Shown here: piece after piece, positions 39,730 through 54,629 of the stretch
How the letters are laid out: every line of letters begins with the position of its first letter
Position numbering within the stretch: position 1 is the stretch's first letter
Source of the DNA: Octopus vulgaris
Lineage: Eukaryota
Length of the DNA: 64,000 bases
Direction of reading: 5' to 3'
Assembly: GCA_951406725.2 (NCBI GenBank)
Contig: OX597828.1
Span: forward strand, 56,978,001-57,042,000
Program-made: the position numbers and the translations under genes
Notes under the pieces: model-generated
What the model saw: only the letters and a program-made list of their open reading frames with translations
What the model was told of the DNA's origin: nothing
Database searches by the model: none

Positions 39730-40850
39730 ATTCACCCTACCCACAGAACTCTCACTGTATGTTGTGTTTGTTTGTCCGTGGACAAGGTATCTCAACAACC
39801 ACTGGATGGATTCGGCTGAAAGTTTCAGGGATCTTTGGCCCCGTAACTAGCACGAACTGATAATATTTTGGGATCGATCTAGTACCCGACAAGGATTCTG
39901 GATAATTTGTTATATTTACTTTATATGAAGTATTACTATCTTACGCCCACTTTCAAATCTTTCTCTGATTATCTCTCTTGGAAGCACGCTCATAGTTCCC
40001 ATGTAAGTTATGGCAGCGTTGCAATTTCCAAAGTTTTATTATCGCTTCTCTATTATTCATTTTACTCGCGTCTCTACCTTAGTACAAACTGATGGATGAA
40101 GTAATCAAACTACCTAAACCAACGGCAGCAAAACCGATCAGAAAGTTAATAACACTAATATGCTAAATAGCAATAATAAATTTAATTTATCCTAAACAAA
40201 CGAATTTAAAACCGTTCAGAAAGTAAATAATATTAACATATTCAAAAGTAATAATAAATTTAATTTATCCGCAACAGTTTTTTGCTTTACCAATTTCAAA
40301 TATATCGCTCCTGTTAAAAGAATTCTTAGCTACTTCACAATTGCATTTCTAAATCTGCCTTGAAGGAAGCTTTAATTCTTAGACTTACTCTTTTGTGCGC
40401 AACGATGTTGCTAAACCTCAGTTAACAGCACCGTATGCAGATCACTTTTGTTTCTTTCACGCACGGATAATTTTTCCCTATAGACCCTAATGGCAGTAAA
40501 GACACTATATCAATAGATAGACTAAAAAAGGGCTTCATAGACGAAACTGTCCCTGTTCTCACTGCAGACCACACACACACACACATCATTACAAACACGG
40601 CCCGCACACCCAACTTCATGTTCCATGATTATCACTGGGATCGATCAGGTACCGGGCAAGGATTCTGGATTATTTTGCCGGTTTTTTACTTCATTTTTGA
40701 GAGAGGTAGGGTTCAATTTTTGTATTCTCGTTTATGAAAGTAATCGAGTTTATTTCAGATATTTTCTTTTTAAACTCACATCCGGCGAATCGTTGAGAGC
40801 AGTTCGTTGTTGCCTTGCCGGTGGTTTGCGCTCTCTGAGTACTTTTATTA
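39730..40850 (+). mobile_element. Helentron/DINE-like non-autonomous fragments
   Basis: GTTTGTTTGTCCGTG..ACTGGATGGATT motif, duplicated GGGATCGATC..CAAGGATTCTGGAT (39870 and 40637), and a terminal GGTGGTTTGCGCTCTCTGAGT. Confidence 0.45.
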
Positions 40851-40861
40851 TTATTATTATT

Positions 40862-42400
40862 ATACAAAGCACCCGTAACCTCATAGCCATACTTACTGCA
40901 TACTAGCCACTGGATATTTTCGACTACCTTGTCGTGTCTACGCTTCTGTTTTTTCTGCGCAAGACTTTCCCAATCACTATCAATACGTGTCACAATTTCG
41001 ACCCTCTTCCTACACATTCTGCAGAGGTACGTTGCACTTGTATGATATACATTCTTTTACCCTGAGTTGGTATTCAATACTGTTAGGCTTTCGGTATTCT
41101 TTTTAGGTCACCTTTGTTGAGCTACCTCTATGATGCTTCCTGGCGTTATAATGTGTTGGTTTCACATGGACCTCACTATGTAATTCTATACGGAATATGA
41201 TTTCTTCTCTCACGTTGGCTGTTCTTGATCGGAAATCATGAGCATTCTCAAGGCCAATTTTGTTAACTCCTTACTGTAGTAGGATTTGTTTGCTGTTTAC
41301 CACATATTCTTCCATAGTTCTCCTTTCACTGTTGATGCACTCCCGTATGCTAACGTGTTCTGCCTTTTTCTTCCATTTGTATGCTTGGGTTCCATCACCT
41401 GTAACGGTACTGGTACATGGAATGTATCATACACCCATTCCATAGGCTCTTCCAATCTGTCTGGTTCATTTTCCTGGAACCTCTTCATCAGTGGCTTTCT
41501 TTGTCTCTTTTCAAAACCGTTTCTGCTTTTAATTCCACACTTCATTTTCCTATGTACTCTGCTATATCACCATCTCCCCACTAGTGTTTTCTGTTTTTAA
41601 ATGATCTCACGTACACCTTATCACCAATTTTGAAAAAAATTGAATTGATTCTCCCAAGTATCATTTTTCAAAAATTGATTTCACCTTTCTCGCGCATAAC
41701 TGCGCATAAGCGGTTTCATCATTGCGATCACAGGATGTCCAATATGGAATTCTTTCCATGTTCTTTTCTGTAGAGTCTCTCGTATCACTACCCGTATCTA
41801 AATGCATTTTGATACTAGAGTATTCGTTTCTCACCTTGATGAATTTTCTGTTCGTTGTACAAACTTTTTTTCTGATGACAAGCTATTTATTTTTTATCGT
41901 TTGTTCCAATTTTTCGCCACCTTGGTTCTGCAATGCAATTGTGTTTCCACAAGGAAAACGCTTGAAATTTATGTCAGTTAAACTTATGTCAGTAACTTTT
42001 TTAGGCAATATAAAGTTACAGTGTTTCTCATGATCTATCGTCGCTAGTTTCCTCTGAATTAGACGCGTTTTCATTTCGTCCGTCCAGTCTTAGCTTTTGT
42101 TTCGAATTTTTTTTCAAATCTTCGGTAATATACCGCGAAGGTGGTGACTCCTGCTTCCGGATCATATTTAAATTCATTTATTGAATTTGCTACATGGTCT
42201 TGCGAAAATGTATTTTCTAACCAACTTCGCAAGATGTAGCATTTGTTGCTGTGTTGTTGTTGGTGTTATTTGAGTTCTAACAAATTTTCCAGAATTTTAC
42301 AGATTTTTCGTAAAATATGTACACCAAACATGTTGTTTCAACGTTAACCACGTGATTTTTTATATTTTTTTATATACTTTCCGCCACAATCCTATTAGCA
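40862..42400 (-). mobile_element. Highly decayed R4/Dong-like LINE
   Basis: CRMC..LAQKKQKRRHDKV (zinc-knuckle/RHD region) adjacent to (TAA)n. Confidence 0.5.
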
Positions 42401-42599
42401 GTTTTGATAATGTAAATTTGATCTCGTGATTTTCTTTCTTTCGATGTGCCTCAATAAATTATTGATTTTACTCGTCTCTTAATTCAGTGTACATTCGTTG
42501 GCCTTATTAATGTCGCACATAAATTCTGAATGTTGCACATTAAGATTTATGCATCCGCGTTCAGACCAGTGGCATTTCATTAATTACACTCATCATTAT

Positions 42600-43570
42600 C
42601 ACCCACTAATGTGACAGAAGTGACTTCCTCATCACCAAGGCAATGGATCGAGCGAAGTGCGGAGCGGTCCACAAACTCACAAGAAACACGCTCAACATCC
42701 ACATAGTTTCCCAGCACCACGAACGTTCACGACTTATTTGAATGGCCTTCAATACAAAGCCAGACTCCTTTTAGCTAAAGACCAGGAGGAGTTCCAGTCC
42801 AGCCTTGATGATAAGTTCGAGGTGATAGGCAGTCATAATATGGACAGCCTAAACAGTTCTTGGGCCAGAGACTGTACAACCACTCGTGGATAAGTGAGAG
42901 GCCAACGTTGATTGGTAGAAACGCCTAAACTTCTCCTAGCGACGTGACACATACAGAGTCTGCAAATCCAGGACCCAGACGAAGTTTCGCAGCATACAAG
43001 AAGTTTCGCAGCATACAAACCTGAAGATGCGCAGCTGTACGCTAACACTAACAAGTCCAGGGTGTCGAAGTTATTCAAGGCCCTTCCAGAAGTGGAATAT
43101 CCCAGCTGGTGTCTGATGGCTATGAAAGATAAAGAAGGAATCAGGGCAAGATAGGAGAAGCACTTCAACTAACTCCTAAACAGGTCATCAACTATCGACT
43201 AGGTATAATTTGGAGGTCCTGGTCCAAGCAGCCTCGAACTCTGTTCGCCCTCAGCCAAATATCACCAATGAGCGAGTCCAGCTTAAGTGGGTAGAGAGTT
43301 TAAAGTACCTTGTAAGTACAATCTCAGTCGATGAATAACTGGATAGAGAAATTTTATCCAGAATCCACAGGACCTGTCAAGCACTTGGAAGACTAACACA
43401 GAAAGTCTTCCATCAGAAGTGTATGAGACTGTCGACAAAGCTCAAGATCTACAAGGCTGTAGCATCAGAGGGCAACGTCCGCCTCTATCCTATCAACAGA
43501 CTATCGCTGTAATACCTAGGGTCTCTTGCGTCCTTCCAGGTCTGGAATATAAGGTCACATGCAGTCTTAT
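42600..43570 (+). mobile_element. Decayed RTE-like LINE fragment
   Basis: Remnants such as KDKEG..EKHFN.LLNRSSTID and KYLVSTIS..LDREIL.RI. Confidence 0.45.
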
Positions 43571-43683
43571 CGCTTTGAACACAGACTTTGTCGCCATTGG
43601 ACGCTGATGTATTGATTTTATATACTAAGAAAAAGAATGTAGTCAAGATATGGATACAACCTATGTATTTAGCGCTTTCATTA

Positions 43684-43724
<41 letters not shown>

Positions 43725-43726
43725 TC

Positions 43727-43774
<48 letters not shown>

Positions 43775-44451
43775 GATAACTGTTCTGCAATTGGTAAAGC
43801 TGCACTGAATGTATAGAAGCAAACATGTTTGTGGGCGACGAATGTGAAAATGTGTTCACCTTACCTCAAGGTAGAACGTCGGAGAAATAGACAACCGTGA
43901 ACTCGGGTTTGCAGAATATGTTTATTATTGTAAATCTCAATGGTCCTCGTCAACTATGTCAATCTAAAAGACTAAATTGAAAATATCCGCTACATCAGTG
44001 CATGTATTCTCGGCCAATAGCCACAGCCATAAGCAGAAAAGTTTTATATAAAAATGTGAATATTATTACAATACAATGATATTATTTGCAGCGAAATGAA
44101 GCACAGTAAAGTAGAACTGTAAATAGGAAATAGTGGCACAACAAGGTACAAACTGTTGCTGGAAATTGCAGTCGATAACCGTTCGACTCTAGGTAAAGCT
44201 TCACTGAATTATAGAGGCGCAAACTGAATGTGTGCGGGCGGTGATATATAAAACAAAATTCGTCTTAGTTTTAGGTAAACAAATGCAACACCAGAGTTTT
44301 TTTCGACAGACTTACATCAATAAGATATCTTTATTTGTATAAGATATCACTCACGATGACTCTTTGAAATGGATGAAAAGGAGGAAAGCGCTAAATACAG
44401 TTTATTTATCCAAATCATGACTATTTGTTCATCTTGATATATATGTATATA

Positions 44452-44514
<63 letters not shown>

Positions 44515-45369
44515 TATATATATATATATATATATTTATGTGAGTGCGCCTATGCTTGTTCATATATATATATATATATTTGTATGTATGTTAGTGTATG
44601 TATCAAATGAAATCTCTATGAATTATCATGTAGTTTCATATACACGTAGAGTTCTGATGTAAACAAGATTTAGTATCAACACATAGAATTCTAGATGTTG
44701 AATCTTAACACATTACATATATTTCTCTTTATTAGTATATTGGAAAGTGAAGCACCATCATTTCAATTATACAATATGTAAACGAATAAGTTCATATAGC
44801 AATTTAAATATCAGGTAGCTCCTGTTGAAGATTATGACCTGGACTCACCCCACATTACTGGATATATCGAGTAACATAACACAAACGAAAAATGGCTCTT
44901 GGCCTCAAATTCTGTAATGTACATGAGGAGCTAATTTGGTATAAATTTCTGTGCGCGATCACCATCCATTTCTTGGAACTATAATATGTGCAGTAAGATA
45001 GCACGTCAAACATAATACTGTGTTAAACACAACAAATAATACGCAAGCATAAAGTTTATCTCTGATAAGTAGAAACAAGTAATGATACACTCGGAAAATA
45101 GTATTGTGTCCTCGGGTGGAAAGCAGCTTGAATAGGATTGTCAGCTAAATTTGAGCCACTCTCACGACACGTACAAGGTTCTTTAGACAAGGTTCAATAG
45201 CGTTTTGCAACTAAAGAAGTATATTCTCAGTAATTAGTTGCTTCTTATTTTGCAAATAGAGAAAATATATGCAAGCGTCAAATAAATGATGACATATAAT
45301 TCATGGATAATAACTCTTCGTGATGATTCTGCTGAAAAATAATCGACCTAATTTTAGTAAAATTTCTTT

Positions 45370-46002
45370 GCTGACAGTTGCCAAAATTGTAGTAAATATT
45401 TTGCAAATTTGATTGGTGTGGCATCTATAGTAAGATTATACCTCATACTGGTTAGAAGGATGAAGTGATTCCTCTAGTTTCAGAATATGTGTTCCGTAGA
45501 AGCAAGCTCACCACTCATTGGATGGTGAAATATTTAGGATGAATTTATAAATCACGATAATATTACCTTAGAAAACACGTACGATTAAAATATTTTATTT
45601 TAGGGGCATCGTAATTTATCGCAGCACTTTTGTGAACTGGTTGCAAGATTGTTCATCATGTTTTTAAGCTATTATTTAACCTTGTGGACAGACACAATCC
45701 TATGAAAAACATTAACAACGTTAAGCACCTAAAATAAAATGTTAGAGCTCGACATTTTACAGACTTGCATTTGAAGTAATCGGTCCCATTTTACGTGCTT
45801 TCTGAGAAAATACTAGCGTCATGCATCAGTTCATTCCAAACAGTACACCAGCTAATGAGTGGTGCGCTTCATTCCAAGAAACACATATTCTTAGGCTACA
45901 GGAATTACTTGATCATTCGATCCAAGATGAGGAGTGTTCTTACTACGCATGCCACACAAAACAAATTTGTAAAATCTTTACTATAACTTGGCAATTGTCA
46001 GC
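45370..46002. repeat. Old diverged inverted duplication
   Basis: 45370-45580 aligns nearly end to end with the reverse complement of 45790-46002, roughly 70% identical by eye. Confidence 0.75.
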
Positions 46003-48375
46003 AACAAGATGACACTACCGTGAGGGATTTCGAGTTACAAGCATTTCGTGTAACATTCATCAGTACACGTGAAGTAAATATGAAATAAAATATTCTCCTA
46101 GTCACTTCTGAAATTGGTGAAAATATGAATGACTTTCTAAACGTTTGACTGTAAGCTCCAGAAAATCACATTGAACTTGACACTAACCGCCCCACCCCTT
46201 ATTCAACTCATAGCAAATAAATTGTCATTGATCTTTAAAATTTGAAGCTGTCAGATGGACAGATTACGCATTTGTACCTACGAAAATTTTGATGCATCAA
46301 TGCACTGTAAAGGTACATGATTAATCCATATGCTGGAAGATACAATTATTATCTATTGTGTTATGTGAGTCGTTTTGATTTAATGCATTTTTCTCATACA
46401 CTCTCATGTGCTATGTCATTTAATATGCATTCAGTTCCTAATGATTCTGTGTTTTTCAATGACCATGAGAAAGGAAAGCATTTTATGGTTGCTAAATTTA
46501 CACAGACAAGTTCATGATTCTTGTCACTAATATCTACATATTAGATAAACGCATGTTGCTCAGACAGCGTTGTAATCAGCTCATCAAATCAACCTACAAG
46601 AAATGTTGTGTATCCAGAGCGCAAAAATCTGTCTGAATTGTCAAAATTATACTCATTTGTTAAGTGACAAAAGTAAAAGTCATCAATAAACGTAGACTCA
46701 AAAGCGTTAGACTTCATAGAAGTTAAAAACAAATTCCTCTGTTTACTACGGTTAATCGAATATATCTGCATTGTGTTAAAAAGTAGACGTGTATACACAT
46801 ACACACATACATACACATATATCGCTTGACAACCGATGCTGGTGTGTTTACGTTCCCGTAACTTAGCAGTTCGGCAAAAGAGACCGATAGAATAAGTCCT
46901 GGGGTTCGATTTCCTCGACTAAAGGCAGTGCTCTAGCATGGCCGCAATAACTGAAACAAGTAAAAGAGTAAAAAGAAAAGAGTATATAATATGCGCCCTG
47001 GCTATCTGGTAACATGCATCCTTCGGCTACAACCTGCTTGCACCCATTAATGTGTGTGAGCGTGCGTGTGTGTGTGCGTATGTTCGCGCGCATGTGTTAT
47101 GTATGTGTATGTGTGAAGTGTCTCCAGATGACACCGATGTGTGTCCACATCATTTCTCTCTCATTGCACACGCAAACCCAATGTTGAGATCGAAATCAGC
47201 ATCACTTACGCACAAATTTTCTTATTTACTAGGGTGTGTCTCCGCTCGTAAGCATACACAGGAAATGTATCACTGTTAGAGTGTCTGGCAAAAAGTTTGA
47301 CTGGAAAAATTTTTTTTTATATATTTTACAGTTCTGTTTTCATCATTTGCTAATCAATTTTATAGTTCTCTATTTGGTTGCCCAGTTTATGAAATTATGC
47401 CATAATTTTCGGCGTAAATAACGAAATGGAAATAGTTTTAGAAATGATGTTTGGCTTAAGTATTGAGAAAATAATATTCACCTAAGCAACTACGGCATAA
47501 ATTCACAATCAACTAATGACATGAGTACATATAAACACAGCATAATCATACGAGGACCACATTTATTCATTTATGCATATAGAAATACATTAATAATACA
47601 TATATGCAGTCTCGAACATACAAATATATGATATTCATAAAGAAATATACATAACGTATCTTTATGCAGGTATATATATATAAACAAATAGTTCTCTGTA
47701 AGTCTGTGTGAGTGTGTGTTTGCAATTTCATACGTTAGTATATATAACTGCATTCTAGCTTAACATTCAATGGTTTTATAATTTTTTTAGATTACATATT
47801 AGAGTAATACAGATACACATGCACACACACACACAATCGCACATATATTTTATAGATGAGAGACATACATTCTCCGTATAGTATACACTTCGACGTGCTC
47901 AAGAGATTTGAACTTTAGCAGGTGGGGTGGGTAAATGTAAGAATTCGCAAGCTAGGCTAATCGGTATACAAAAATTATGAAATACATTTAATACAAAAAA
48001 TGTACGTTTACAAATAATAGAAATGATATCAGGAATTATAGGGGTTAAATAAGAGTTTTACGAGTCAAACAGCTGTTTCTGGGTGCTTGGTGACTCAAAC
48101 TAATGATTGTAAATTAATTCCATCATTGAACAATATCGGACTCTCGTATATGGAAAGATATGTACAACTTTAGTATTAAACGTATTAAATATTTTTTATA
48201 CATCGATACTCCTAACTTTCTTATCCTTATATTTACTCCCATACACGCATTTATGTATGTATACACTAGCACACATAGATACATGGATATGTGCATGCGC
48301 ACACACACACACACATTATACTCACACAGACAAGCATGCACAAATACACACATGCACACACGTATATAGTTATAT

Positions 48376-49579
48376 ATTCAGAGTGCGTCAGGTATTTGAG
48401 GACAGATTTATCTTTTAAAAATAAACATATAATAACAGACAATGAATTTATTTATCAGAAAATGCTATAAGGATAAAAATTAACCTTCCTTTCTAGAATT
48501 CTGTTCAATAAATCCACCTTTAGTCTTCAACAACTGCTTCTGTATGACATTTAAATCATCTACATGCTTCAATCAAGTGGTCCTGGTTCATTTTGGACAT
48601 TACTCTGACTATGGCAGCTTTCAAAAATATTTGGAGTTATGGGCGTGTTCCTTCGCCTCTCTCTCAGCAATACCCCACATGTAATAGTCCAATGGGTTGA
48701 GATCTGAGGAATTAGGAGGCCAAATATTAGGGGATAAGTGATCATGAAAATTTTTTCAGCCATCGATTCCTGTGTTTCTAGAGCCATGTTTGATAGTGTG
48801 GAGACTTACGGAAACACATATGGCCTTCCATTGCATATACTGTCAATCCAGGACTTAGGAATTATTTCCAGGACCTCAGTCTAGAAGGCAGAGTTAACTC
48901 TAAGGCATTGTGGAAAGAAGTAAGGGGGCATCACGTCTCCTTTATTACTGACAGCCCCTAAACACATGACAGGTGCAGGAAATATTGTATGCATAAAACG
49001 TGGAACTGCAGAAGGGTCTGCACATAAACATTTATCATTTCGTCAGTTAACTTTTTGATCTTGGTCGATGTTTTGCATGTTTAAGTAAAAACCAAATCAA
49101 ATCTTCTTCTACTGGACTTTTCAAATTAAGAGCGTCTTCGATCTGATGTAATGATTTCTTTTGCCCTTTCTGACAAATTGACCTTTCGTCATTATATAAG
49201 TCTTATATCTGATGTCTTCGTGGACAACAATTCTGAGTGGTCTTTCTGACACATGGAGATCTTCTTCAATTGGCCTCATGGACTTTAGGGATTGTAATCA
49301 ATTATCTGTTGAACTTACTGGATAAATTCAGGTGATCTGATGATTTCGGAAGGCTTAGAATGCTTTTTATGTTTTCATACGTTTCTATCATCGGTCTGTA
49401 GCTCCTTACAAATCCAGATATTTCTAAGCACAGCCTACATAATCAAAATAACAGCATGGTCTTCATTTCTTGAGTAACACGAGGGTCTACTGTTATTATT
49501 CTCCGAACGAAAGATTATACAGTGTTAGCAAATTATACAGCAATGACCCAAATAACCTCGAATAGCTTACGCACCCTGT
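48376..49579 (-). mobile_element. Decayed Tc1/mariner (maT-like) element
   Basis: WPPNSSDLNPLDYYMWG motif; TIR-like CAG(A/G)GTGCGT at both ends. Confidence 0.7.
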
Positions 49580-49756
49580 ATATATATATATATATATGTG
49601 CGTGCGTTTGTATATATACACACACCCGCACATCCTCATACATCCATGCACACAACCACATACGCATACACTCACACATCTACACACATACACAAACACA
49701 CACACGCAAACACAGGCACACACACATAAATATATATATATGTGTGTATATATATA

Positions 49757-49848
<92 letters not shown>

Positions 49849-50210
49849 CATATATACATGTATACTTTGATTCTTTTACATGTTCCAGTCATTTCACGGC
49901 GGCCAAAACTTAAAGGAAAATCGACCTCAGGACTTATTCTTTGTAAGCCTAGTATTTATTCTATCCCCCTCTCTTGGTGAACTGCTATATTATGGGGACA
50001 TAAACACACCAACATCTGGGACGGTCTTCTTTCAATCACCGTCTACGAAATCCGCTGAAAAGTCTTTGGTCGGCCCGTAGTTATAGTAGAAGACACATTC
50101 CCAAAATGAAACGCAATGGAACTGAACCCGGAACTATGTGGTTGGGAAGGAAGCTTGTAAGAACACAGGCACGCCTGCGTCTATACACACACACGCGCGC
50201 GCATACACAT

Positions 50211-50256
<46 letters not shown>

Positions 50257-50356
50257 GTCTGGTACTCATAAATACAAGCTCATATATTTCTGTACGGATA
50301 TACGTATAGATGACTGCATGTGTGTGTGTTTGAGTGTGTGTGTGTGTGTGTGTGTA

Positions 50357-50388
<32 letters not shown>

Positions 50389-51243
50389 TGTGTTCCTATG
50401 TTTGTTTAGGTATACCAATGAATATATTAAATATATATTATTTCGCAGATGTAGGTAATCAGAATTGATAGGTTTGCCAGCCTAATGTATAAACAGATAT
50501 TATTCTAATTACTTACACATATATCAATCAAACTGTCCTTGTATTACCTTGGATTTGAGTTCCTTTTACTTTTATTACTTAGTCTCACACCTTTTTCAGA
50601 CAAATATATTTATATTAGCGAACGCTAATGCATACGGGGGTGAGTTATTTACAACAGTATATCGTTGTTGTTACACATGCTTTGCTTTGCTTTCCTTCCA
50701 CTCATCTTTGTTTTTAAAATATTAGATGTATTTACCAGAGTCCATTTTACAAGCTTGAAGTGGTGATCAATAATTAACATAAATGCGATGCTTTAAAAGC
50801 TGCAAACTGATAGCAAATAACCGATCGTGTGTGTTTTGTCTGTAGATGAATATCGATTGGTTTATCAAAATAGCAAATTAGCGGGAGAAATCACGCCATT
50901 AGTGCTTCGCGTTTTCTGGTACATGGTTCGAACTTTAGCGTGAGCAATCCCTGCAACAGCCTGAGCGTTTTATCCAAGTTACGAAATATTTGAAAGTTCG
51001 AGGCCGATGCAAATACAGAAGAGATCGATCGGGTTAAAAAACTTGTTAAAAAACTCCAATTTCAAAGCACTATTTTTCTTCTACCTTTTAGTACCGCCCT
51101 CACAGTGGCCTATATTACATGGAAAGGTTCTCGCTCTTGATCACTCCATATATAGATGCGTGTGTGTGTGTGTATTTGTGTGTGAGTGTGTGTCTGTTTG
51201 TGTGTGCGTGATTGTGTGTGTGTATATATATATATATATACGT

Positions 51244-51294
<51 letters not shown>

Positions 51295-51439
51295 TCGTTG
51301 TGTGGTAAAGTAAATTATTTTACTGAACCCTAATTATATAACGTAATGTTTTAAATATACCGTAAATGGTCTTTTTACATACTGAACACTACTTGGTAAA
51401 ATTAATTAATAATTAATTAATTTTACCCTTTTATTATTG

Positions 51440-51492
<53 letters not shown>

Positions 51493-51599
51493 GAATATGT
51501 GTATACATATATTCGAGACCCCCATCGGTCATGAATGACCATGGGATTTAAGTGGGGTTAAATATTAACTTTCGGTATTATTACTACTCTCTGTCGCTA

Positions 51600-52240
51600 A
51601 TAAATGATTCTTACAAAAACTCACGGGCTAATCGCGACACCGGCCCCTGTTTTGGTACTGTTTTTTTATTGATTTGACAAGAAAGTAATTTCGTTTTCTG
51701 CCAACAGATAGCTTTCAATATTGTGACTTTTTCGTTTGACATTTGATAGCCGTTACGTTTAGCTTACTTTAGAAGCAACTTGCGCGAAATTTTGCTTACA
51801 CTTGTTAGTTTAGTGTCAGTTTTAACATGGAGTGCAAAAGAGAACATCTTCGCTATATTTTGGTATTTTATTTCTATAAAGGTAAGTAAGCTGCCGAGGC
51901 TCACAAAGAGATATGTGGAGTTTATGGTGTTGACTCTTTAACAGAACGCACATATCAGAAACGATTTAAATAATTCCGTTCAGGAGATTTTTCACTGAAA
52001 GCTGAACAACGTTCTGGTCGATCTACTGAAGTCGATGATGACCGAATCAAAGGCGTAATTGAATCTGATTGTCATATAACTGTGCGAGAGATTGCATGTA
52101 CAAAACACAACAATTTGAAAATTACTCAAAATGTCTTGGACTCGTTAAGAAGCTTAATATTTGGGTTCCACATAAATTGAAAGAGATTTCATTCACAAAA
52201 CGAATCAAATATTTGCGATATGCATCTCATTATGCAATGA
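51600..52240 (+). mobile_element. Mariner 5' fragment
   Basis: MECKREHLRYIL..AAEAHKEICGVYG..FRSGDFSLK..RSGRSTEVDD; later WVPHKL. Confidence 0.75.
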
Positions 52241-52333
52241 AACACAACATTCAACGATACGATTGGTGTACACACACACACACACACACACACATACACA
52301 CATACACACACACGCATACACACACACACATAC

Positions 52334-52412
<79 letters not shown>

Positions 52413-52461
52413 ATTAAGTATCTAAATGTTCCCCTATATAGAACTGCAATAAAAATATATA

Positions 52462-53372
52462 CGAGGGGCGTTCAATAAGTAATGCCCCTCACCCACTTCC
52501 CATAGCAGTAGAGCAACGACACTTGGTGCAGTTATTAGTCTTTTTCTACATAGGAACTACTCAGAGTTATGCATTTCTCCCATCGTTTGATACAGCTCTG
52601 GAGACCGTTTTTGTAGAAGACCCTAGCTTGGTCCTCCAACCACGACGTGACTTCAGAAATCAAGGCTGCATCATCTGGGAAACGCTTTCCTTTCAAAATC
52701 AACTTCATGGCTGGGAAGAGGTGAAAATCAGAGGGTGCAAGGGGAGGAGTTCATAGCTGCACGCCTGTGCTTTGACTCATCTTCTTGGCACATCTCCAAA
52801 TTCATCCTCGAGCACTCAACGTGTTCTTGCTTCTGGAAAGGTGTGAGCAATCTGGAAATCCCTCTGGCAGACACCTTTTGCATATGCAAATGGTCATGAA
52901 TGATAGTTTCCACAGACCCGGTACTAATCTTGACCTTATGGGCTATTTGGGGAATAGTTATGCGTTGACCTTCCAAAATGGCAGCCTCAACTTGACGGAC
53001 AGACGTCTCATCAACGGCAGAAGGGGCGACCAGATCTGGGAGCTGTTTCCACAGAGTTCCGACTATGTTTGAATTCACAATGCCAGCGTTTTACAAGGTC
53101 ATATGATGGGGCATTATCACCATAAGTTGCTTTCATTTCATCTAAAGTCTCCCGTGGTGTGCGTTCTTTCAAATAAAAAAAAACAGATCACTGCTCGACA
53201 CTCAACAGGCTCCATTTCACACTTGACTCAGTTCAAACACCTGTAAATCAGAAACCACAATTAGTTCAGAGCTGTAATTCGCCACTTAATCTATAGAGGT
53301 ATAAATAAGTGCACACAGCTAGATCAAACAACTGCAAGTGGGTCGGAGGCATTATTTATTGAACGCCCCTCG
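52462..53372 (-). mobile_element. Internally deleted mariner with intact TIRs
   Basis: TIRs CGAGGGGCGTTCAATAA(G/A)TAATGCC with TA at both ends; IIHDHLHMQKVSARGISRLL. Confidence 0.85.
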
Positions 53373-53689
53373 TATAAACAGAAACGTTAGCACGCTGGGC
53401 GAAATGCGTAGCTGTATTTCGTCTGCCGTTACGTTCTGAGTTCAAATTCCGCCGAGGTCGACTTTGCCTTTCATCCTTTCGGGGTCGATAAATTAAGTAC
53501 CAGTTACGCACTGGGGTCGACGTAATCCGTTTATCAGTCCTTGCTTGTCCCCTCTGTGTTTAGCCTCTTGTGGGTAGTACAGAAATATATATATAAACAA
53601 TTACATATGGTATTCAACTGATGTGAATTGGATTTTTAGCCCACCAATTTGAAGGATCTCTTTCCCTCATTTTGTTAGGTTATATATAT

Positions 53690-54629
53690 ACAATGTCTCT
53701 CTCACCTACCACCCGTCTTTCTTCCCACTAAGCAACAAATTCACCCACAACTTTCGCTTTCTTCTTTCTGACATTCGCCCCTATGTTTTCAACACGATCC
53801 CATCTGCCTTTTAAAAAAGGTAGGAGTCTTAGAAATCTCTCTGTTAGAATCTTTGCAGCTCCCATCTCTGCACAACCAGGTATCTTTAGATGCTCAGACA
53901 ATATCGTAACACATGAATCTAGATCAACAATATTACGACCATCGTGTGGCCCAAGAAGCAATGTCACATAACACACCATTTCCGATGCACTTCGGTGAGT
54001 CTCATATATTACATCAAATGTAAACACTCCAGTGTTCTTTACATTGGCGAAACAGGGCGACGCGCTGGAGATCGCTTTCGCGACTACATCAGAAGCAAAA
54101 TGTTACGTATGCCAGGCCAACCTGTCGTCACCCATTGCCACACTCTGAATCATTCGATTTATCAGTAGATTTATCAGTGTGTGGCATGGCCTCTCACCAC
54201 GGCCACGGAAACACCAGTAGCAATGTATCATATTTGATTTTGGCACTATGTCCCCAACAGGTATGAATGAACGTTTATCCGTTTCATCCTTTCACCTCTT
54301 CTTAATTCTTTTTTTACATTTCTTAATCCTCCCGCCATCCTCTCTCTTCAGCTTTCCCGTAATTACTTACCTCTACTCTTTCCATTACCCTTTTCCTTCT
54401 CCTTTCTGCTCGCCCCCTCCTATAACTCCTGTTTCACTTTAGCTGCCCCTGTTATTCTGCGTCCATTATCAGTTGCAGCCAGTTTTTTAAGCTAGAAGGA
54501 TGTAAACTATGTTTGGATTGTTGCTTGTTCTTCTCTTTTTCTCTGCCCCATGAGGAAGCATTGAATACGAAACGTTGGATTTTCCACTCCTCACGGCGAG
54601 TTCATTGTACCACTTTCACAGTTTTCTAC

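Noticed and set aside
40131-40270. Short tandem duplications (also about 7650-7735 and 55040-55110)
   Set aside because: Two-copy slippage repeats without spacers; not CRISPR-like.
40518-40555. CUAAAAA..GAAACUGUC hammerhead-like string
   Set aside because: Core and stems are too degenerate.
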